Positions 61,367 through 64,000 of a stretch of 64,000 nucleotides of DNA are shown here, in pieces (position 1 is the first letter of the stretch; the number at the start of each line of letters is the position of its first letter). The DNA lies in NCBI GenBank assembly GCA_054600435.1, contig BAAIJX010000030.1:186001-250000 (forward strand). Direction: 5' to 3'. The DNA comes from Neophaeotheca triangularis (Eukaryota). A model generated the notes under the pieces. That model saw nothing but the letters and a program-made list of their open reading frames with translations, did no database searches and was not told the DNA's origin. The translations under genes and the position numbers were made by a program.

Positions 61367-62064
61367 CTACAGCGCAATCGCAGCCACCAAGGCCATCAAT
61401 CCAACCGTCGACACCCCGACACTCTGCGCCCTAACGCCAGCGCCTTCGAAAGCCTCTGCGCTCCCGCTCGCAGTCGCAGCGGCGTCAGTCGCAGAAGCAG
61501 CAGCCTCGCTCGTGGCGCCGGCCGTCGCCGTCGCGTCCGCACCGCCAGCGCCCACCGTCCCCGAAGCAGTCGCAGCCGGGATCCCAGCAGCGCAGACGTC
61601 CGGGCCAAAAGTCACGGGCTCGAATTCATAATCGTCGTCGTCCTCGAGCGCTTGCTCGCAGACGTTGTTGGAGTAGTCACGGACCTCTGTATTCCGTAGC
61701 GAATCAGCCAAGGGCTTTAAATGACTTTTATTTACCTTACTCGTTCGAGAGATCTGAAAAGGTAAGGATGCTACTGCATACCTTGCAGTTCGCTGTCGGA
61801 GCAGGCCTCGCTCTCGCACAAGCATTCGACGGTGGAGGCGGTGATGATGTCGGCGCCTTCGGTGCATTGGCAGTGGAAATCGAGGATGCCGCAGCTGGTT
61901 TCGGCTATGGCTTTTTGGAAGCAGTTGAGCTGGGTAGACGAGCATTAGTACCTGAATAATTAATTCTTCCCCAACAATCTACTACCTACAGAGCACGAGG
62001 GCGGCATAGATTGCGCGGCGACGAGGCCGGCGAAGATGCCGACTGCGATCTTGAGTCCGAGCAT
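61367..62064 (-). CDS. Small GPI-anchored CFEM protein, 3 exons (introns 61930-61989, 61687-61781)
   Basis: Spliced product MLGLKIAVGIFAGLVAAQSMPPSCS|LNCFQKAIAETSCGILDFHCQCTEG...ECLCESEACSDSELQ|EVRDYSNNVC..., followed by an Ala/Thr linker and a hydrophobic C-terminus. Confidence 0.88.
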
Positions 62065-63706
62065 TTTTTTTCTTCTTCTTAGTACGTGTATAGATATCGT
62101 GAGTTTTGTATAGATGAAAGAAGGGTGATCTGCGTCAAGGGTATATGAAAGCCGGGAGAATGAAAAAGAAGAGAGTACGAAAAAGCTGTCGAGCTCGCGA
62201 CCCTTGCATCGTGCAGCTTTATATACATGTACGACATACAACCCGACAGGCCCTGCGCGATATGCCGGTTCTGGGGGGGAGAGGGGGCGAAGGGCCGCAG
62301 CGCGCATATCAAAACGGGTCGCTACCTATCACACCTTGCTCGCGACTCCACACGGGCTACGGCGAGCTGGAGAGGCTATTAAGTTAAGGCCAACAACAAG
62401 ACGCTTTCGCGCCGTCGGTTTCGTGAGACGTTGGGGACAGCAGCACAGCTGTTCCCCCCGAGTGATGAGAGTCAGCGCGGCGCGGAGCTTTGAAACTTGA
62501 GGTGCTGTTCGAGTCGCGTTCTATCGTGTCGTGCAAATCGGAAGCAAGAAGGCCGCTGCTCTGCCACGTTTTGTAGTAGTGAGTGTGTGATGATGCAGGG
62601 TCGGCGTGGGAATTGCTTGTTCTGTCGGCGTGAAACCGATGGCTTCGAAGTCTGTAGACTAGGTAGTAGGTAGTAGGTACTACTACTCACTATTACTAGG
62701 TACTAGTAGGTAGGTGAAGGTTGTATCTCATTCTCCACCTGTTTTGTGCGGGCCAACGGGTTTTTTGGGCTGGTGGTTGGTTTCACAGACGGGAAACGTT
62801 TGCAAGGGTCCAAACAGTAGTCTACCTTACAGAGATAATAATGCTTGCGGTCGGCGGTCGGCCGATAAGACACGGTGCATAGGTGTGTCAATATTGTGCG
62901 ATTGTTGCTAGTAGGAAACAGCAAAATTCCAATATTGTCCAATCGTTATCGCTGAAGATTTACAACCTTGCATGAAGTTGCGTATATACATATTATCATT
63001 ACATACCTTGCACAACGGTGATTTTCGGGCGCGGGTTTAGAGCTGGGGCGTCAAGTGGAGTCAGCTGACTCGCGGTGGAATCTGACGAGTCAACAACAGA
63101 ATCCATCAGAAGCTGATCCCACTTTCTTCACTTCTACAGGTAACAGGGCATCTTCAAATCTTACACGGATTCTTACTTGTGTGACGAGTAACTTGTCAGA
63201 GTTTGTCGAGGCATCGTCTCCAACGGACAAGCGCGACGACTTGAGCAGGATTTCAATAGGTAGAGTAGTACCATGCCATGTCGATTCATGCCACATGGAT
63301 ACCTGGCCCGACCCCTGTGAACTTCTTGATCGACCTCGAGATTTAAGGTGAACCCGCAATCGTTTGACCTTTCGGAAAGTTACCCAGCTGATGACTCGCT
63401 GCCAATCAAAGGCTGTCCGTGGGCTCGAGTCTGGATTGCTTCCAACCCTCAAGCAAGTGCGCGAACTGGACGCTCGGCGTGGTTGCACTAACGTTAGTAG
63501 TAGCTAGCAGCTCGGCATTAAGTATTGCTGGTGGACTCGTTCACGTTCGCAACCATATATTGTGACGACATTTTGCGTTGCAGTACTTAGCAGTCAATAG
63601 TGGTGGTTGACTCCTAGCAGCGGAACTCGGTTTGTAGTGCATCACACCTGGGCACTGGGAAGGTGGTCGAGGCCGGTGGAGGCATGATCAGCTTACAGCG
63701 CCGCCT

Positions 63707-64000
63707 TCAGCTTTTCTCAGTCGCGACTTCAGCACCGATAGCATCCAGCCATTTCAATCTCCAGGCCGAAAACTCGTCCTCCCTGCCATCCCACGACATC
63801 TTCGCTGTCTCGCTAGCAAGCTTCGCCTCGTCAACACATCCCTTCAACTGTTCCCTGACGGCCTCTTCTTCCAAATCATAGAAAGCACTAGCCAAGTCAT
63901 CAACCTGGTGCGGTATCTTCTTCAACGCATCCATCAACCGATCAAGCCTCTCCGCACCCGCGAGCTCACCACCACTAACCGCCGTATCCTCCATCTTGAA
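63707..64000 (-). CDS. 3' end of a gene running off the window, possibly GCIP (Grap2/cyclin-D-interacting)-like
   Basis: Frame is open to the window edge and helical (LKKIPHQVDDLASAFYDL...WDGREDEFSAWRLKW). The family call is tentative. Confidence 0.6.
   Translation of the reverse strand, partial: FKMEDTAVSGGELAGAERLDRLMDALKKIPHQVDDLASAFYDLEEEAVREQLKGCVDEAKLASETAKMSWDGREDEFSAWRLKWLDAIGAEVATEKS

Noticed and set aside
61687..61781. Possible 13-nt microexon or nested intron within CFEM intron 2 (internal TTTTCAG...GTAAGG with a small hairpin)
   Set aside because: The upstream piece would be only 28 nt and inclusion would shift the frame; the single 95-nt intron gives the correct protein.

Overview
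Gene-dense eukaryotic DNA from a filamentous ascomycete. Evidence: short GT-AG introns with CTRAC-type branch points and a Pezizomycotina-type gene set; placement in Dothideomycetes is a guess. About 26 protein-coding genes can be reconstructed, most with exon-intron structures read by hand: lunapark (partial), a DUF336 protein, a HAD hydrolase, a GRE2-like reductase, ARL1, a Mae1-type transporter, an intronless TOR kinase, a highly diverged SR140/U2SURP-like gene, the head-to-head pairs RRP3/SSF1 and BPL1/COA4, MGM101, an MFS sugar porter, an Asteroid-like nuclease, a lipid kinase-like protein, a ROG1-like lipase, a Mad1-like CFEM adhesin, a Baeyer-Villiger monooxygenase (BVMO), an OXLD1-like protein, an arylsulfotransferase-like protein and a small GPI-CFEM protein. 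I found no tRNA, rRNA, CRISPR array or recognisable transposon. The two most notable observations are (1) two neighbouring introns of the BVMO gene that are homologous to each other while their exons are not, suggesting intron gain by copying, and (2) the very divergent, truncated SR140-like splicing-factor gene next to TOR. All family calls come from motif recognition, not database searches.
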